Source of the DNA: Desulfatiglandales bacterium
GTDB taxonomy: Bacteria; Desulfobacterota; DSM-4660; Desulfatiglandales; HGW-15
DNA: 64,000 bases
Direction of reading: 5' to 3'
Assembly (NCBI GenBank): GCA_963667015.2
Contig: CAXXJJ010000004.1
Location: forward strand, 1,440,001-1,504,000
A program made the translations under genes and the position numbers. Position 1 is the first letter of the stretch. Each line of letters starts with the position of its first letter. Below the pieces are notes generated by a model. That model was not told the origin of the DNA. It searched no databases and was given only the letters and a program-made list of their open reading frames with translations. Shown one piece after another: positions 1 through 11,827 of this stretch.

Positions 1-1054
1 TATCACCCAGCTTTACGGTGACAGGATGATGGTCGCAAATGCTACTGGCTGTTCTTCAATATATGGCGGATCAGCACCAAGCTGCCCTTATACTGTAAAT
101 GAAGATGGCCAAGGTCCGGCATGGGCAAACTCTCTTTTTGAGGATAACGCAGAGTACGGCTTTGGCATGGAACTGTCCGTCAGTCAGACAAGAAGTAAAC
201 TCTATGACCTGGTTAAAAAAGCAGCTGAAGGCAATGTATCCGACAACCTGAAAAAAGCCCTGCAGGACTGGCTTGAAAACATGAATGACGGAGACAAGTC
301 AAGAACTTTTGGCCAAAAACTGATAGAGTACATTGAAGTTGAAATGACAACACCCGGAAACGAATACAACCCAATACTTGTTGACATCCTCAACCTCTCC
401 GATTATCTCACCAAAAAATCCATCTGGGTTTTTGGGGGTGACGGATGGGCATATGATATCGGATATGGCGGAGTGGACCATGTACTTGCTATGGCCCATG
501 ATGTCAACATACTTGTTCTGGATACAGAGCTTTACTCAAACACGGGCGGACAGGCATCAAAATCAACACCAACAGGCGCTGTAGCCAAGTTTGCAGCGAG
601 CGGAAAGACAACCCGCAAGAAAGATCTCGGCAGAATGGCAATGACCTATGGTTACGTTTATGTTGCTTCAGTAGCAATGGGAGCAAACAAGAACCAGTTT
701 ATGAAGGCCCTTGTTGAAGCGGAAGCCTATCCGGGTTCATCACTCATAATTGCCTATGCTCCATGTATCAACCATGGTATCAACATGGGCATGAGCCAGG
801 AAGAAGAGAAAAAGGCCGTAGAGTGCGGATACTGGCCCTTATACCGCTACAATCCGCTTCTTGAACAGGAAGGCAAAAACCCCTTCATCCTTGACTCAAA
901 AGAGCCTGCAGGAAGCGTAAAAGACTTCCTCATGGGTGAAGTAAGATACTCAAGCCTTACAAGAACATTCCCCGAAAATGCTGAAAGCCTTTTTGAGGAA
1001 GCTGAGAAAGATGTAAAGAGAAGGTACGAGCTTTACAAGGGTATGGCTGAATAA
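1..1054 (+). CDS. nifJ: Pyruvate:ferredoxin (flavodoxin) oxidoreductase, C-terminal TPP-binding part (5' truncated by window)
   Basis: Motifs [53 protein letters not shown]; frame open from base 2. Confidence 0.95.
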   Translation, partial: ITQLYGDRMMVANATGCSSIYGGSAPSCPYTVNEDGQGPAWANSLFEDNAEYGFGMELSVSQTRSKLYDLVKKAAEGNVSDNLKKALQDWLENMNDGDKSRTFGQKLIEYIEVEMTTPGNEYNPILVDILNLSDYLTKKSIWVFGGDGWAYDIGYGGVDHVLAMAHDVNILVLDTELYSNTGGQASKSTPTGAVAKFAASGKTTRKKDLGRMAMTYGYVYVASVAMGANKNQFMKALVEAEAYPGSSLIIAYAPCINHGINMGMSQEEEKKAVECGYWPLYRYNPLLEQEGKNPFILDSKEPAGSVKDFLMGEVRYSSLTRTFPENAESLFEEAEKDVKRRYELYKGMAE

Positions 1055-1096
1055 TAATCAGCTTAATCCCTGTAACAGTAGCGGATTTATTATAAT

Positions 1097-1140
1097 AATT
1101 AAAACCCGGCTGAGCCTTCGAGCTTTGCCGGGTTTTAATT
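1097..1140 (+). terminator. Intrinsic terminator hairpin after PFOR
   Basis: AATTAAAACCCGGC (1097-1110) / GCCGGGTTTTAATT (1127-1140) perfect inverted repeat. Confidence 0.8.
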
Positions 1141-1258
1141 TATAATCTATCAGGCAAGCCCAATGTAGAACATTCCGGCATAAAAAAAAAGTATTTATAT
1201 GCATGATTTTTAATTGACAGGATGGCATATAATTGGTAGTTACTACCCTTCATTGAAT

Positions 1259-1332
1259 GCGCCCGTAGCTCAGCCGGATAGAGCGCCGGGCTTCGAACCC
1301 GTAGGCCGCAGGTTCGAATCCTGCCGGGCGCG
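1259..1332 (+). tRNA. tRNA-Arg(TCG), CCA not encoded
   Basis: Cloverleaf GCGCCCG/CGGGCGC acceptor stem, GCTC/GAGC D stem, anticodon loop CTTCGAA, T loop TTCGAAT. Confidence 0.93.
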
Positions 1333-1349
1333 CTTGGATATTAAAAAAA

Positions 1350-1425
1350 GGGCCTGTAGCTCAGCTGGCAGAGCAGTTGACTCTTAATCAATTGGTCGAA
1401 GGTTCGAATCCTTCTAGGCCCACCA
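1350..1425 (+). tRNA. tRNA-Lys(CTT), CCA encoded
   Basis: GGGCCTG/TAGGCCC acceptor stem, GTTGA-CTCTTAA-TCAAT anticodon arm, GAAGG-TTCGAAT-CCTTC, 3' ACCA. Confidence 0.95.
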
Positions 1426-1641
1426 CAATAAATATGAAAGGGGCAAATTATAACCTATATAATTTGCTCTTTTTTTTAAAATCAGCTAACCAGATGATAT
1501 TCCAGCAGAATATTCTCAATAACACTTGCCTCAAACCATAAAATCGAATGAACTCAAGAAAATCCGGAAACTTACCGATTATATAAATGATTACCTTTGC
1601 GGGGTATATTTTTTCATAATTAAGGATTACGTTCCGAGAAA

Positions 1642-3627
1642 ATGACATTATCTAAAGATGAGATACTAATTTTCAGGGAAAGGGTTGACCTCCTTTTTAA
1701 AAACCAGGGGCTGGCTTATGCAGCTACACTGGGAATCGGATTAATACTTTCGCTTGTTCACTGGAATACATCCAACAGGACATTTATTGTTTTCTGGATG
1801 ATTGCCCAGATTATAATCATACTCCTGAGGATGATCATTAAAAGGCAATACCAGAAACGTAACTGTGAAAACCCTGCGATCTGTTACAGAGTATTTCTGG
1901 CGGGGACATTAATTTCAGGAATGGCATGGGGACTGGCTGGAATCTTTCTCCATCCCGAAAACTCTCTCTGGTTGCAGATGATGACTATTTTTGCCATAGG
2001 CGGCATGGTAGCCGGCGCCTCGGCAGTATATTCCCCATCAATATCAGCCTTTTTAATATTCAGTATACCTTCACTGGCCCCTGTTACAATTCATTCCTTT
2101 TTATATGCCGGAAACTATCATACACCCATGGGGGTAATGATTATACTATTCCTAATGATCATGGGTTTTACCTGCAATCGTAACAGAAAGATATTTGAGG
2201 CATCCTTAACCCTGAAAATCGAAAAGAATGACCTTATAGAATACCTTTCAAAGGCCAAGGCTGAAACTGAACAGACAAACCAGAAACTCATAGCAGAAAA
2301 TAAACAGCGAAAAAAAGTCGAGGAAGAGCTGGAAAGGCACAAAAAGAATCTGGAATCCGAAATAGAAAAAAGGACAGCTGAACTTATTAATCGCAATGAA
2401 GAGCTGAAACTTGAGGTTATGGAAAGGCAGAAGGCTGAATCGGCCTTCAGGGCTTCAGAGGAACGCTACAGGATATTGATTGAGAATGCCAAAGTGGGCG
2501 TCCTCCTTATACAGGATGGAAATATAACCTTTGCCAATTCCATATGTTCCAAGATGTGGGGATATGATCAGAAAGAGATAATTGACAGATCTTTCCTGTC
2601 GTTCATCCACCCTGATGACCATGAATTAGCGATTAACAATCACAGGAAAAGACTTATGGGTGAAGGTATAGAAGACAGTTACCCTATCAGGATAATTAAT
2701 AAACAGGGTGAAACCCGGTGGATTCAGATAAACGCAGTATGCATGATATATAATGAAAAACAGACAATCTTAACATTCTTAAATGATATTACTCAGCAAC
2801 GACAGCTGGAATTACAAATCCTGCAATCGGAAAAAATGGCTTCCATCGGTCAGCTTGCAGCCGGTGTTGCTCATGAAATAAACAATCCGGTAGGCTTTGT
2901 GAGCTGTAACTTTAATACTCTTGGCGGATATCAGCGGCAACTCTCCGAATTAATTGTTAAATATAAAGAACTTGCAGCATTGGTCAGCGAATTCCCAGAA
3001 CCTCAGGAAAAGGTTTTCTCAAAATTAAACGAGATAGGAACGCTTGAGCAGGAAATAGACATCGACTATGTCATGGATGATTTTCCACAGGTGATAAAGG
3101 AAAGTGAGGACGGTGTTAACAGGGTTAAAAAAATAGTCTCTGACCTTAAAAATTATGCCCATCCGGGTAGTGAAAAAATGCAGCTTACCGATATTAACAG
3201 AAATATTGAGTCTACATTGAATATGGTCTGGAACGAATTGAAATACCATGTTGAAATAGAAAAGGATCTGAATGATATTCCCGCTATCGAATGCTATCCT
3301 CAGCTTTTAAACCAGGTCTTCATGAACCTGATTGTAAATGCGGCGCAGGCCATTGAGACCAAAGGTAAAATCAAAATCAAAACAAAAAGAAGCAACACAC
3401 ATATAGAGATACATATAAGTGATACAGGTATTGGAATCCCCAAGGAAAACCTGCCTAAAATATTTGATCCGTTCTTCACGACAAAAGATGTTGGCAAAGG
3501 AACCGGCCTGGGACTGCATGTATGCTATAATATTATCAACAAACATAACGGGACGATCAATGTAGAATCCGATGTTGGTAAAGGAACCTCCTTTACTATC
3601 AGTCTGCCTATTTCTGTGTCAAATTAA
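1642..3627 (+). CDS. Membrane-bound PAS-domain sensor histidine kinase
   Basis: Multiple N-terminal TM helices, coiled coil, PAS (FIHPDD), H-box AHEINNP, N/G boxes NAAQA, DTGIGI, GTGLGL. Confidence 0.92.
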   Translation: MTLSKDEILIFRERVDLLFKNQGLAYAATLGIGLILSLVHWNTSNRTFIVFWMIAQIIIILLRMIIKRQYQKRNCENPAICYRVFLAGTLISGMAWGLAGIFLHPENSLWLQMMTIFAIGGMVAGASAVYSPSISAFLIFSIPSLAPVTIHSFLYAGNYHTPMGVMIILFLMIMGFTCNRNRKIFEASLTLKIEKNDLIEYLSKAKAETEQTNQKLIAENKQRKKVEEELERHKKNLESEIEKRTAELINRNEELKLEVMERQKAESAFRASEERYRILIENAKVGVLLIQDGNITFANSICSKMWGYDQKEIIDRSFLSFIHPDDHELAINNHRKRLMGEGIEDSYPIRIINKQGETRWIQINAVCMIYNEKQTILTFLNDITQQRQLELQILQSEKMASIGQLAAGVAHEINNPVGFVSCNFNTLGGYQRQLSELIVKYKELAALVSEFPEPQEKVFSKLNEIGTLEQEIDIDYVMDDFPQVIKESEDGVNRVKKIVSDLKNYAHPGSEKMQLTDINRNIESTLNMVWNELKYHVEIEKDLNDIPAIECYPQLLNQVFMNLIVNAAQAIETKGKIKIKTKRSNTHIEIHISDTGIGIPKENLPKIFDPFFTTKDVGKGTGLGLHVCYNIINKHNGTINVESDVGKGTSFTISLPISVSN

Positions 3628-3688
3628 GACAGTCAATAATTAAAAGAATAGAATTGTTTTTATTATCATATTTAGATAAAAAAGATAT

Positions 3689-4507
3689 ATGAAAAAACAT
3701 TATAGACATTTATTATATTTATATGGAGTCACGATCTGTATTTTAATTCAGCTTTTTCTGCCTGCCACCGGCATGGCAAAAGATCTCGGTTTTTATCCAG
3801 GTGAAAAGCTTACCTTTGATGTCCACTGGACTTTTGTTAAGGCTGCAAAAGTCACACTTGAGATACTGCCCAATGAAAATATTGATGGAAAACCTGCTTT
3901 TCATTTCCTGTACACGGCAAAAACAAGTAAGTTTGTTGATGCATTCTATAAAGTCCGCGACAGGATAGAATCCTTTACCGACATAGATTTAACACACTCG
4001 CTGCTCTATAAAAAAAGACATGATGGCAAGTCTTTAAGAGATATTTCAGTTGAATTCGACTGGAATAAAATGGAAGCTCGATACATTGATAACATTAATA
4101 AGGAAAAGGAAATTGCTCCTGTTCAAATCAATGAAAACACCTTTGATCCGCTTTCGGTATTCTATGCATTCAGGACTGGTCAGCCAGACAAAAACAATGA
4201 AATAATAACACATGTCTCTGATGGGAAAAAAATTGTAAAGGCTACAGGAAAAATACTGAAAAAACAAAAAATAAAGGTCGCGGGTAAATCCTACGATACA
4301 CTCCTGGTTGAACCCGAGATAGAAGGCGTGAGCGGGGTTTTTAAAAAAACCAGTGATTCGAAGCTGAGAATATGGGTTACAGATGATAAAAGGAGAATCC
4401 CTGTAAGAATAAAAAGCAAAGTAACTGTGGGAAGCTTTATAGCAGAGCTTGTATCATATACATCAGGTAAAAATGATGATTGCCTTCCTCCCGGGCAGGA
4501 AAAATAA
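3689..4507 (+). CDS. Exported DUF3108-like protein
   Basis: Signal peptide, GEKLTF, DPLS, WVTDD.RRIPV motifs typical of the family. Confidence 0.7.
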   Translation: MKKHYRHLLYLYGVTICILIQLFLPATGMAKDLGFYPGEKLTFDVHWTFVKAAKVTLEILPNENIDGKPAFHFLYTAKTSKFVDAFYKVRDRIESFTDIDLTHSLLYKKRHDGKSLRDISVEFDWNKMEARYIDNINKEKEIAPVQINENTFDPLSVFYAFRTGQPDKNNEIITHVSDGKKIVKATGKILKKQKIKVAGKSYDTLLVEPEIEGVSGVFKKTSDSKLRIWVTDDKRRIPVRIKSKVTVGSFIAELVSYTSGKNDDCLPPGQEK

Positions 4508-4516
4508 TTACTGCAA

Positions 4517-4957
4517 TCACTCGGAATCATCCCAAATATCATACCCAGGCTTAACATAACCATAGGGTACTACCCTGCCCCTGACTGATATCCCTGCCCT
4601 GTGAACAGATTCAGGGTCACCTGACACCAGAGGATGCCACCATTCAAGATCATGCCCTTCGGAAATACGCCTGTAGGCACATGATTTAGGAAGCCATTTA
4701 AAATCTGTAATATTTTCAGGGGTTATTTTTAAACAGTCGGGTTCAACCGAAAATCTTTCTTCATAGATGATACAGGAACAATTATTTAGATTGAGAAATC
4801 TACAGGCTATTGGAAGGACCTCTATTTTACCTGACTGAGGATCTTCAGTCTTTTCAAGACAGCATTTGCCGCAATTGTCGCACAGGCGCTCCCATTCATG
4901 GAGGCTCATCTGGTTTAAAGCCTTTTTCTTCCAAAACCTGTCGATATCTTTTTCCAT
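4517..4957 (-). CDS. ycgN: YcgN (UPF0260) cysteine-cluster protein
   Basis: EWE.LCDNCGKCCL.K, C..YE.RF...PDC, WLP.SCAYR, WHPLVSGD. Confidence 0.88.
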   Translation of the reverse strand: MEKDIDRFWKKKALNQMSLHEWERLCDNCGKCCLEKTEDPQSGKIEVLPIACRFLNLNNCSCIIYEERFSVEPDCLKITPENITDFKWLPKSCAYRRISEGHDLEWWHPLVSGDPESVHRAGISVRGRVVPYGYVKPGYDIWDDSE

Positions 4958-5079
4958 TTGTTGGTATGAATTCTGTGAGGAAAAACCGGATTAAAAATTG
5001 ATGTCAAAAAACCGGGAGTTGCAGGATATGCATAAGAAAAATGCCCTGTTAAGTTCAACCGGCAGGAAAAATTTGATTT

Positions 5080-5262
5080 TCAGGTTCGGGCCTCCGTCTC
5101 TTTTGCTTCCTTTACTTCTCCTGTTTCTTTTTTGGATTTGGACTTTTGTTTCTTTTTCAGACAAACCTTGTCTTTTCTTACAATAGCGCAAAGCTTGGGA
5201 TGTTCATAATCTTTACAGTTTGAGTGATTATATAACGGGCATTCAGGGTATTTTTGGGACAT
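5080..5262 (-). CDS. Small Cys-rich basic hypothetical protein
   Basis: 60 aa, four Cys (CPLY..NC..CA..C), AAGGA RBS, co-oriented downstream of ihfA. Confidence 0.55.
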   Translation of the reverse strand: MSQKYPECPLYNHSNCKDYEHPKLCAIVRKDKVCLKKKQKSKSKKETGEVKEAKETEART

Positions 5263-5286
5263 TTTAGCATTCCTTACCTTTCCACA

Positions 5287-5577
5287 TTAGTTCTCTTCTT
5301 CATTCACCTTATCTCTTAAAACCCCTGAGCACTTAAAAACAACCACCCTCCGGGCTTCCAGTGTCAGATCCTCCCCTGTCGCTGGATTTCTCCCCCGCCT
5401 GTCCTTTTTTTCCTTAATACAGAATTTTCCGAATCCGGATATAAGGACATCTTCCTTATTTTCCAGTGTCTTTTTCATCTGCTGCAAAAGAGTTTCAATA
5501 ATTGAAGCTGATTTACTTTTTGGGATATCAAGGTTGTTATATAAAGAATTCACCAGATGATCTTTTGTCAGGGTCAT
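5287..5577 (-). CDS. ihfA: Integration host factor alpha subunit
   Basis: MTLTK, ISGFGKF, RGRNPATGE, ARRVVVFK.S. Confidence 0.88.
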   Translation of the reverse strand: MTLTKDHLVNSLYNNLDIPKSKSASIIETLLQQMKKTLENKEDVLISGFGKFCIKEKKDRRGRNPATGEDLTLEARRVVVFKCSGVLRDKVNEEEN

Positions 5578-5832
5578 TGATCAACACTCCTGTGAGAATT
5601 AGTTCATGTTTACCAAGGAGACAATATTCCGTATTTTTGGCTAAAAAATATAGTTAAATCCCTTATTTGTCAAGGAATAGATTTTTAAACAGCCAATTAA
5701 AGGATTTATCGGAAATTATCCGAAAGAAGATAATCAAGAAATTGGATAAATACTATTGTCAAATTCAGAAATACTGGTTATTCTTACTAATTATCCGAAT
5801 TACTAACCAAAAAATTCAATGCGGGTGCGCCA

Positions 5833-6972
5833 ATGAAGATGAAAAAATATTTCTATCTTGCAGTCATAGTAATTTGTTCATTTTTTCTGGGGTATTACAT
5901 GAAAAACCAGAATATACCAGATTCAGATCAAATCGAACAACTACCTGAATATTCACCAGAAACAACCTTCCTTGTCAATAAAAACACTGTTAATGAGACC
6001 TATGAAGCAGTAGGAACGGTAAGACCGCGAACTGAAACCAAAATAGAGGCACAGGTAACGGGAAAAATCCTTTCTGTTTATGTAAAGCCGGGGGATTTTG
6101 TAAAAAAGGGAGACAGATTGATCCAGCTTGAAAACAATGAATTCAAGACAAGATATGAAAGGGCGCAGCAGGGTTTAAGGTCAGCTGAGGCCAACAGGGA
6201 GCAGGCAAAAAAAATGATCGAGTCAGCCCGGGCCCGATTTAATAAGGCCGAATCCCATTATAACAGAGTCAAACAACTGCTGGCAGATAAAGCACTTTCA
6301 ACAAGTGAGATGGAACAGGCTGAATCCGACTTTATCCAGGCAGAAGCTGAATTAAAACAGTACAATCAGGGCCTGGAGGGTGCAGAGGCAAGCGTAAAAC
6401 AGGCCCAGAAGGTGATTGAAGAAGCACAGATTGCAATGGATTATACTGACATAAAGGCGACAGAGGATGCGGAGATAGCCCGCCGTCTGGTCGAACCCGG
6501 TGACCTTGCTGTTCCTGGAAAAACCCTTCTTATAGTCCAGACAGTGGGCAACATGAGGCTGGAGGCCTTTGTCAGGGAGGGCTTAATAAGCCGGATACGT
6601 CCCGGCCTCGAGATGCCTGTAGAAATAAGTGCAATCAACAGGATGGTTACGGGCATTGTAGAAGAAATAGTACCGTCAGCTGATCCTAAGACCCGTTCAT
6701 TTCTTGTTAAAGTTGGCCTTCCCTTCGTGCAGGACATTTACCCTGGGATGTTCGGGCGCCTGCTGGTTGAAGCCGGTACGAAAGAGGCAATATTTATTCC
6801 CGCTGATGCCATTATTAAAGTAGGCCAGCTTGAGGCAGTAATGGTCAAGGTAAAAGATTCATGGGAAAAATATTATGTAAAAACAGGAAAGAAATCCAAC
6901 GGAATGGTTGAGATTCTGTCCGGTCTTGACGGCGGAGAGATTATAGGCATGTCAGGAGATGAAAATGCCTGA
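5833..6972 (+). CDS. RND efflux periplasmic adaptor (MFP)
   Basis: N-terminal anchor, lipoyl half-motifs (VKPGDFVKKG), long coiled coil, ADPKTRSF, PGMFGR. Confidence 0.9.
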   Translation: MKMKKYFYLAVIVICSFFLGYYMKNQNIPDSDQIEQLPEYSPETTFLVNKNTVNETYEAVGTVRPRTETKIEAQVTGKILSVYVKPGDFVKKGDRLIQLENNEFKTRYERAQQGLRSAEANREQAKKMIESARARFNKAESHYNRVKQLLADKALSTSEMEQAESDFIQAEAELKQYNQGLEGAEASVKQAQKVIEEAQIAMDYTDIKATEDAEIARRLVEPGDLAVPGKTLLIVQTVGNMRLEAFVREGLISRIRPGLEMPVEISAINRMVTGIVEEIVPSADPKTRSFLVKVGLPFVQDIYPGMFGRLLVEAGTKEAIFIPADAIIKVGQLEAVMVKVKDSWEKYYVKTGKKSNGMVEILSGLDGGEIIGMSGDENA

Positions 6973-9900
6973 TACACAGGAAAAACATGGGCTGATCGTT
7001 GGTATAGTAAAGACCTTTCTGTCTTCACGCCTGTCAATACTCTTTATCATAGCTGCATTTTCCCTTGGGGCAGTAAGTATACTTTTTACTCCCCGTGAAG
7101 AGGAGCCACAGATAATTGTTCCGCTTGCGGATATCCTCGTACAGGTGCCCGGGGCAAGCGCAGAAGAGGTAGAAAAGCTTGTTACAACTCCCCTTGAACG
7201 GCTCCTGTGGCATGTGGACGGGGTTGAATATGTATACTCCATGTCAAAAAGAGACTCCGCACTCGTAACAGTCCGGTTTTTTGTTGGAGAAGACAGGGAA
7301 AAATCCCTTGTAAAACTTCATAATGCAATAACCATGAACCTGGATCTTGCACCCCGGATAGTAAAGAACTGGATTGTAAAACCTGTAGAGATCGATGATG
7401 TTCCTATTGTTACTCTTACTCTGTATTCCAAAAACTACAGTGACCATGAACTGAGAAGAACAGCGGAAGAGCTTATTTCAAGACTCACCGAGGTTGAAAA
7501 CATCTCCCGAATCGGAATAACAGGAGGAAGACCGAGGGAAATCAGGGTTGAACTGGATCCTGAGCGCATGGCAGGGTATAATATCTCACCCCTTGAAATT
7601 TACAAAATGCTGGGCAACAGCGACACCTCGATCACTGCGGGAGATTACTACAGCAACAACCGGCAGATAACACTGTATAGTAATCTGTTTCTGCGTTCTA
7701 CAACCGATGTTGAGGAAATTGTAGTAACAGTCTTCGACGGAAAACCTGTATATTTAAGAGACGTGGCCAATGTAATCGACGGCCCTGTTGAAGTGGAAGG
7801 TTATACTCGAATAGGTTTTCCCGCTGGAAGAGAATCAGATAATGGATCAAAGGCATCATATCCTTCGGTTACGCTCTCCCTGTCAAAAAAACGCGGCACA
7901 AACGCGGTTACAGTTGCCAATGAAATCATAAATAAGAGCAATGAATTGAAGGCTTCAATCATTCCTTCGGGAATGGAAATGAAAATTACAAGAAATTATG
8001 GAGAAACAGCCCAGGACAAGGTCAACAACCTGCTGGGCTCATTGTTCTTTGCAATCCTGACCGTAGTTGCACTGCTGGCCTTTACCCTTGGCAGAAAAGA
8101 GGCGATTATTGTTGCCCTGGCTGTGCCCATAAGTTTTTCACTCGCCCTTGCGGCCAACTACCTGCTTGGTTACACAATAAACAGGGTTACCCTTTTTGCG
8201 CTGATCCTCTCCCTCGGACTTGTGGTAGATGATCCCATAACAAATGTCGACAATATACGAAGGCATATCCTTATGGGTAAAAGAGACCCCGAAGGAGCAA
8301 CCCTTAGCGGTGTCTCGGAGGTAATCCCGCCGGTTATAATGTCCACCCTTGCGATCATTGTATCCTTTACTCCCATGTTCTTTATAACCGGCATGATGGG
8401 GCCTTATATGGCACCCATGGCAGCAAATGTACCGCTTACAGTCAGTGCATCAACTGTTGCAGCGTTGACTGTGGTTCCATGGCTATCCTTCATGCTGCTG
8501 AAGAATCTCAAACATACAGGGGATAAAAAAACAGAAGACAATAAAGCAGATGATGATAAAAGCGTACCCCAATGGATAACGCGCAGTTATGAATTCATGA
8601 TAAACCCATTTCTTGAATCCGGGCGAAAAAGGGGATTATTAATAATCTGTATCATCGTTCTCATGGCCATATCATCACTGCTCCCGATCGTAGGGGGTGT
8701 TCCCCTGAAAATGCTGCCATTTGATAATAAAAATGAGTTCCAGATCGTAATAGATATGCCAGAGGGAACCACACTCGAAACAACCGACAGGGTAGTTACA
8801 GCCTTTGAAAAATATTTGAGCCATGTGCCGGAAATTACCATGTTTACCACCTTTACCGGCATGGCATCACCCATGGATTTTAATGGCATGGTAAGGCACT
8901 ATTACCTCAGGAACGGGGATAATGTTGCTGACATAAAGATAAACCTTGTGGACAAATCACTAAGGGATGCCCAGAGCCATGAAATTGTTCTCAGGCTCAG
9001 AACCGACCTGGAAAAAATAGGCGCTGACTATGGAGCAGATATAAAAATAGTAGAGGTTCCTCCCGGTCCGCCAGTACTGTCAACAATAACTACCGAGATA
9101 TATGGGAATCCGGACACCAGCTATGAAAGCATCATCCAGGGGGCCGAACAGATAAAGGAACTTATGATAAATGAACCTTTTGTTACGGACATTGATCTAT
9201 CAGCCGAAACAATTAAGACCGATATGAATTTTATGCTGGATAAGGAAAAGGCAGCACTTCATGGTGTTTTATCTGAAAATATCACTCAGACTCTTCGTAT
9301 GGCACTGACCGGGGAATCCCCTGCAACCGTGCACTTGAAGGAAGAACGCCAACCCCTGGATGTCAGGCTTGTTCTTCCCAGGTCAAAGAGATCGTCGATC
9401 GCAGACCTTTCACAGATACCTATAAAAGGGGCATCAGGGGATATTGTTCCATTAGCCGAGCTGGGCAGTTTTATACAAAAACCCTCCGATCAGACTATTT
9501 ACCATAAAAACCTTAAAAGAGTAGCCTTTGTCTATGGCGAAATGGCAGGAAGATCTCCTGTTAATGCCGTACTGTCCATGCAGAAAAAACTTAAAGCTAC
9601 TCCCCTGCCGGATGAACTCAGGGCTGAATGGGCAGGAGAAGGCGAATGGAAGATAACAGTAAGCGTATTCAGGGATCTTGGCCTTGCCTATGGCGCAGCA
9701 ATGATAGGCATATTCATTTTACTTGTCATCCAGACCGGATCCTACCTGATGCCACTTCTGATAATGACCGCAATACCTCTCACGATAATAGGCATTATGC
9801 CGGGCTTCTGGCTTCTTAATTTATTTTTTGCCCATCCAGTTGGAGACTATCAAAATCCAATTTTCTTTACTGCAACAAGCATGATCGGAATGATAGCGCT

Positions 9901-10189
9901 TGGCGGGATAGTAATAAGAAACTCTCTTGTACTGATCGAATTTATCCAGGATGCACTTAAAAATGGCCTTCCACTTAAAGAAGCAATACGTAAAAGCGGT
10001 GCAGTAAGGATGAGACCGATTATCCTTACTGCCCTTACGACCGCTCTCGGTGCATGGCCAATAACCCTGGACCCTATTTTTTCAGGTCTTGCATGGGCTC
10101 TCATTACAGGTCTTTTCGCTTCAACTGCATTCACTCTTATTTTTATACCGGTGGCCTATTATATCTTTTTCAATCGGAGATACTCCTAA
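6959..10189 (+). CDS. RND efflux permease (AcrB/AcrD/AcrF family)
   Basis: 1076 aa, two TM bundles, GLVVDD, RMRPIILT; overlaps adaptor gene. Confidence 0.93.
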   Translation: MKMPDTQEKHGLIVGIVKTFLSSRLSILFIIAAFSLGAVSILFTPREEEPQIIVPLADILVQVPGASAEEVEKLVTTPLERLLWHVDGVEYVYSMSKRDSALVTVRFFVGEDREKSLVKLHNAITMNLDLAPRIVKNWIVKPVEIDDVPIVTLTLYSKNYSDHELRRTAEELISRLTEVENISRIGITGGRPREIRVELDPERMAGYNISPLEIYKMLGNSDTSITAGDYYSNNRQITLYSNLFLRSTTDVEEIVVTVFDGKPVYLRDVANVIDGPVEVEGYTRIGFPAGRESDNGSKASYPSVTLSLSKKRGTNAVTVANEIINKSNELKASIIPSGMEMKITRNYGETAQDKVNNLLGSLFFAILTVVALLAFTLGRKEAIIVALAVPISFSLALAANYLLGYTINRVTLFALILSLGLVVDDPITNVDNIRRHILMGKRDPEGATLSGVSEVIPPVIMSTLAIIVSFTPMFFITGMMGPYMAPMAANVPLTVSASTVAALTVVPWLSFMLLKNLKHTGDKKTEDNKADDDKSVPQWITRSYEFMINPFLESGRKRGLLIICIIVLMAISSLLPIVGGVPLKMLPFDNKNEFQIVIDMPEGTTLETTDRVVTAFEKYLSHVPEITMFTTFTGMASPMDFNGMVRHYYLRNGDNVADIKINLVDKSLRDAQSHEIVLRLRTDLEKIGADYGADIKIVEVPPGPPVLSTITTEIYGNPDTSYESIIQGAEQIKELMINEPFVTDIDLSAETIKTDMNFMLDKEKAALHGVLSENITQTLRMALTGESPATVHLKEERQPLDVRLVLPRSKRSSIADLSQIPIKGASGDIVPLAELGSFIQKPSDQTIYHKNLKRVAFVYGEMAGRSPVNAVLSMQKKLKATPLPDELRAEWAGEGEWKITVSVFRDLGLAYGAAMIGIFILLVIQTGSYLMPLLIMTAIPLTIIGIMPGFWLLNLFFAHPVGDYQNPIFFTATSMIGMIALGGIVIRNSLVLIEFIQDALKNGLPLKEAIRKSGAVRMRPIILTALTTALGAWPITLDPIFSGLAWALITGLFASTAFTLIFIPVAYYIFFNRRYS

Positions 10190-10222
10190 CGCAGATTAAT
10201 TTCATTAAAAAAAGGACATTTA

Positions 10223-11827
10223 ATGACCGAACAGCCTGAGATATCCATTTTAAAAAAAATAATCAATGAACAGGGTAAAGAAATAGCCGAATTGAAGGAG
10301 GAAAACACCCGCCTGAAGTTGAAAGATGAACGATACACCAATCTTTTCGATAATACCCCGGCAGCCATTACTCTTGCTACCCTCAAGGGCAAACTTATTG
10401 CAGCAAATAAAACAATGGTCAGCATGACCGGATACTCCCTGGATGAGCTGGAAAACATGAACATGCAGGACCTGTACGAAACCCCTGGAGACCGAAAGAC
10501 CCTTATTGATATGCTTATAAAGGAAGGGACACTAATCAATACACCAATGAGACTGAAGCGCAGGGACGGTTCAGTCTATAATGCATTACTGACATTATCA
10601 AAGATACAACAGACTGAAAATGAAGATCTCTACCAGTGTATATGTATCGATGTTTCCGAGCGGGATAAAATTGAAACAGAAAAAAAGGTGCTCCAGGAAC
10701 GGCTCGAGCAGTCAAGAAAACTGGACTCCATTGCAGTACTTGCAGGCGGAGTAGCCCATCAGTTTAACAATGCCCTCGCAGCTATAGTTGGAAATATTGA
10801 ACTTTATGAAATAGCCGCAAAAACTGCCAATGAATATTCCCGTTTTATAAAGCCCATAAAGGAAACCGCATATCGTATGGCAGACCTTACCGAGCAGCTT
10901 CTTGATTATGCAAGGGGAACAGAATTTAAGCCTAAAAACATATCGTTAATTGACTTTATAAAAGACACGTTGCCGCTCATCAAACATACGCTCAAACCCG
11001 GCATAACACTCCACACCGATATTCCCGAACAGGTTCACCCGATTGACGGGGATTATTCCAAGCTGCAGATGGTATTGTCCGCGATAATATCCAACTCTTC
11101 CGAGGCAATCGAAGAGTCCGGTAATATATGGATTAAATGCAGAGAAACCGATTTATCAATGGAAGATGCAAGAAAGATACCTGACATAGGACCTGGACGG
11201 TATATCGAACTGTCAATCAGTGACGATGGAAAGGGCATGGATGAAAAAACCAGAAAAAGGATATTTGAGCCCTTCTTTTCAACAAAGTTTTATGGAAGCG
11301 GACTCGGTATGTCAGCGGTATACGGCATCATAAAGAAACATGATGGAATAATTTTCATTGAGTCTGCTGAAAGCAAAGGAACAACGATAAAAATATACTT
11401 CAGGGCCGTTGAGAAAAAACCGGATATACCTGAAGCAGGCAGGGGCAGACTGCAGAAAGAAACAGGAAATGTGCTGCTGGTTGAAGATGAACCCATGGTT
11501 ATGAGTGTTAACGGGGCAATACTTGAAACACTGGGATTTACTGTATTAAAGGCAAAAACAGGACAGGAGGCAATTGATATTGCGGAGTCCTTTTCCGGGG
11601 AAATAGACCTTTCACTGCTTGATATTCAATTACCCGACATGGATGGAAAAGCCGTCTATTCAAACCTTATTAAGCATAGACCGGATATACGCGTTATTGT
11701 ATGCAGCGGGTATTCATCTGATGGTCCGGCTAAGGAAATAATCGATGCCGGGGCGCAGGATTTTATCCAGAAACCGTTTTCTTTAAAGGTTTTATCGGAA
11801 AAGATAAGAGACGTGTTAAACAACTGA
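10223..11827 (+). CDS. Hybrid PAS histidine kinase / receiver protein
   Basis: PAS, AHQFNN H-box, DDGKGM, GSGLGM, receiver LLVEDE...DIQLPDMDG...QKPF. Confidence 0.92.
   Translation: MTEQPEISILKKIINEQGKEIAELKEENTRLKLKDERYTNLFDNTPAAITLATLKGKLIAANKTMVSMTGYSLDELENMNMQDLYETPGDRKTLIDMLIKEGTLINTPMRLKRRDGSVYNALLTLSKIQQTENEDLYQCICIDVSERDKIETEKKVLQERLEQSRKLDSIAVLAGGVAHQFNNALAAIVGNIELYEIAAKTANEYSRFIKPIKETAYRMADLTEQLLDYARGTEFKPKNISLIDFIKDTLPLIKHTLKPGITLHTDIPEQVHPIDGDYSKLQMVLSAIISNSSEAIEESGNIWIKCRETDLSMEDARKIPDIGPGRYIELSISDDGKGMDEKTRKRIFEPFFSTKFYGSGLGMSAVYGIIKKHDGIIFIESAESKGTTIKIYFRAVEKKPDIPEAGRGRLQKETGNVLLVEDEPMVMSVNGAILETLGFTVLKAKTGQEAIDIAESFSGEIDLSLLDIQLPDMDGKAVYSNLIKHRPDIRVIVCSGYSSDGPAKEIIDAGAQDFIQKPFSLKVLSEKIRDVLNN

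Noticed and set aside
1259..1640. tRNA genes as an integration site for an island
   Set aside because: No adjacent integrase, and no duplicated tRNA 3' end noticed elsewhere in the window
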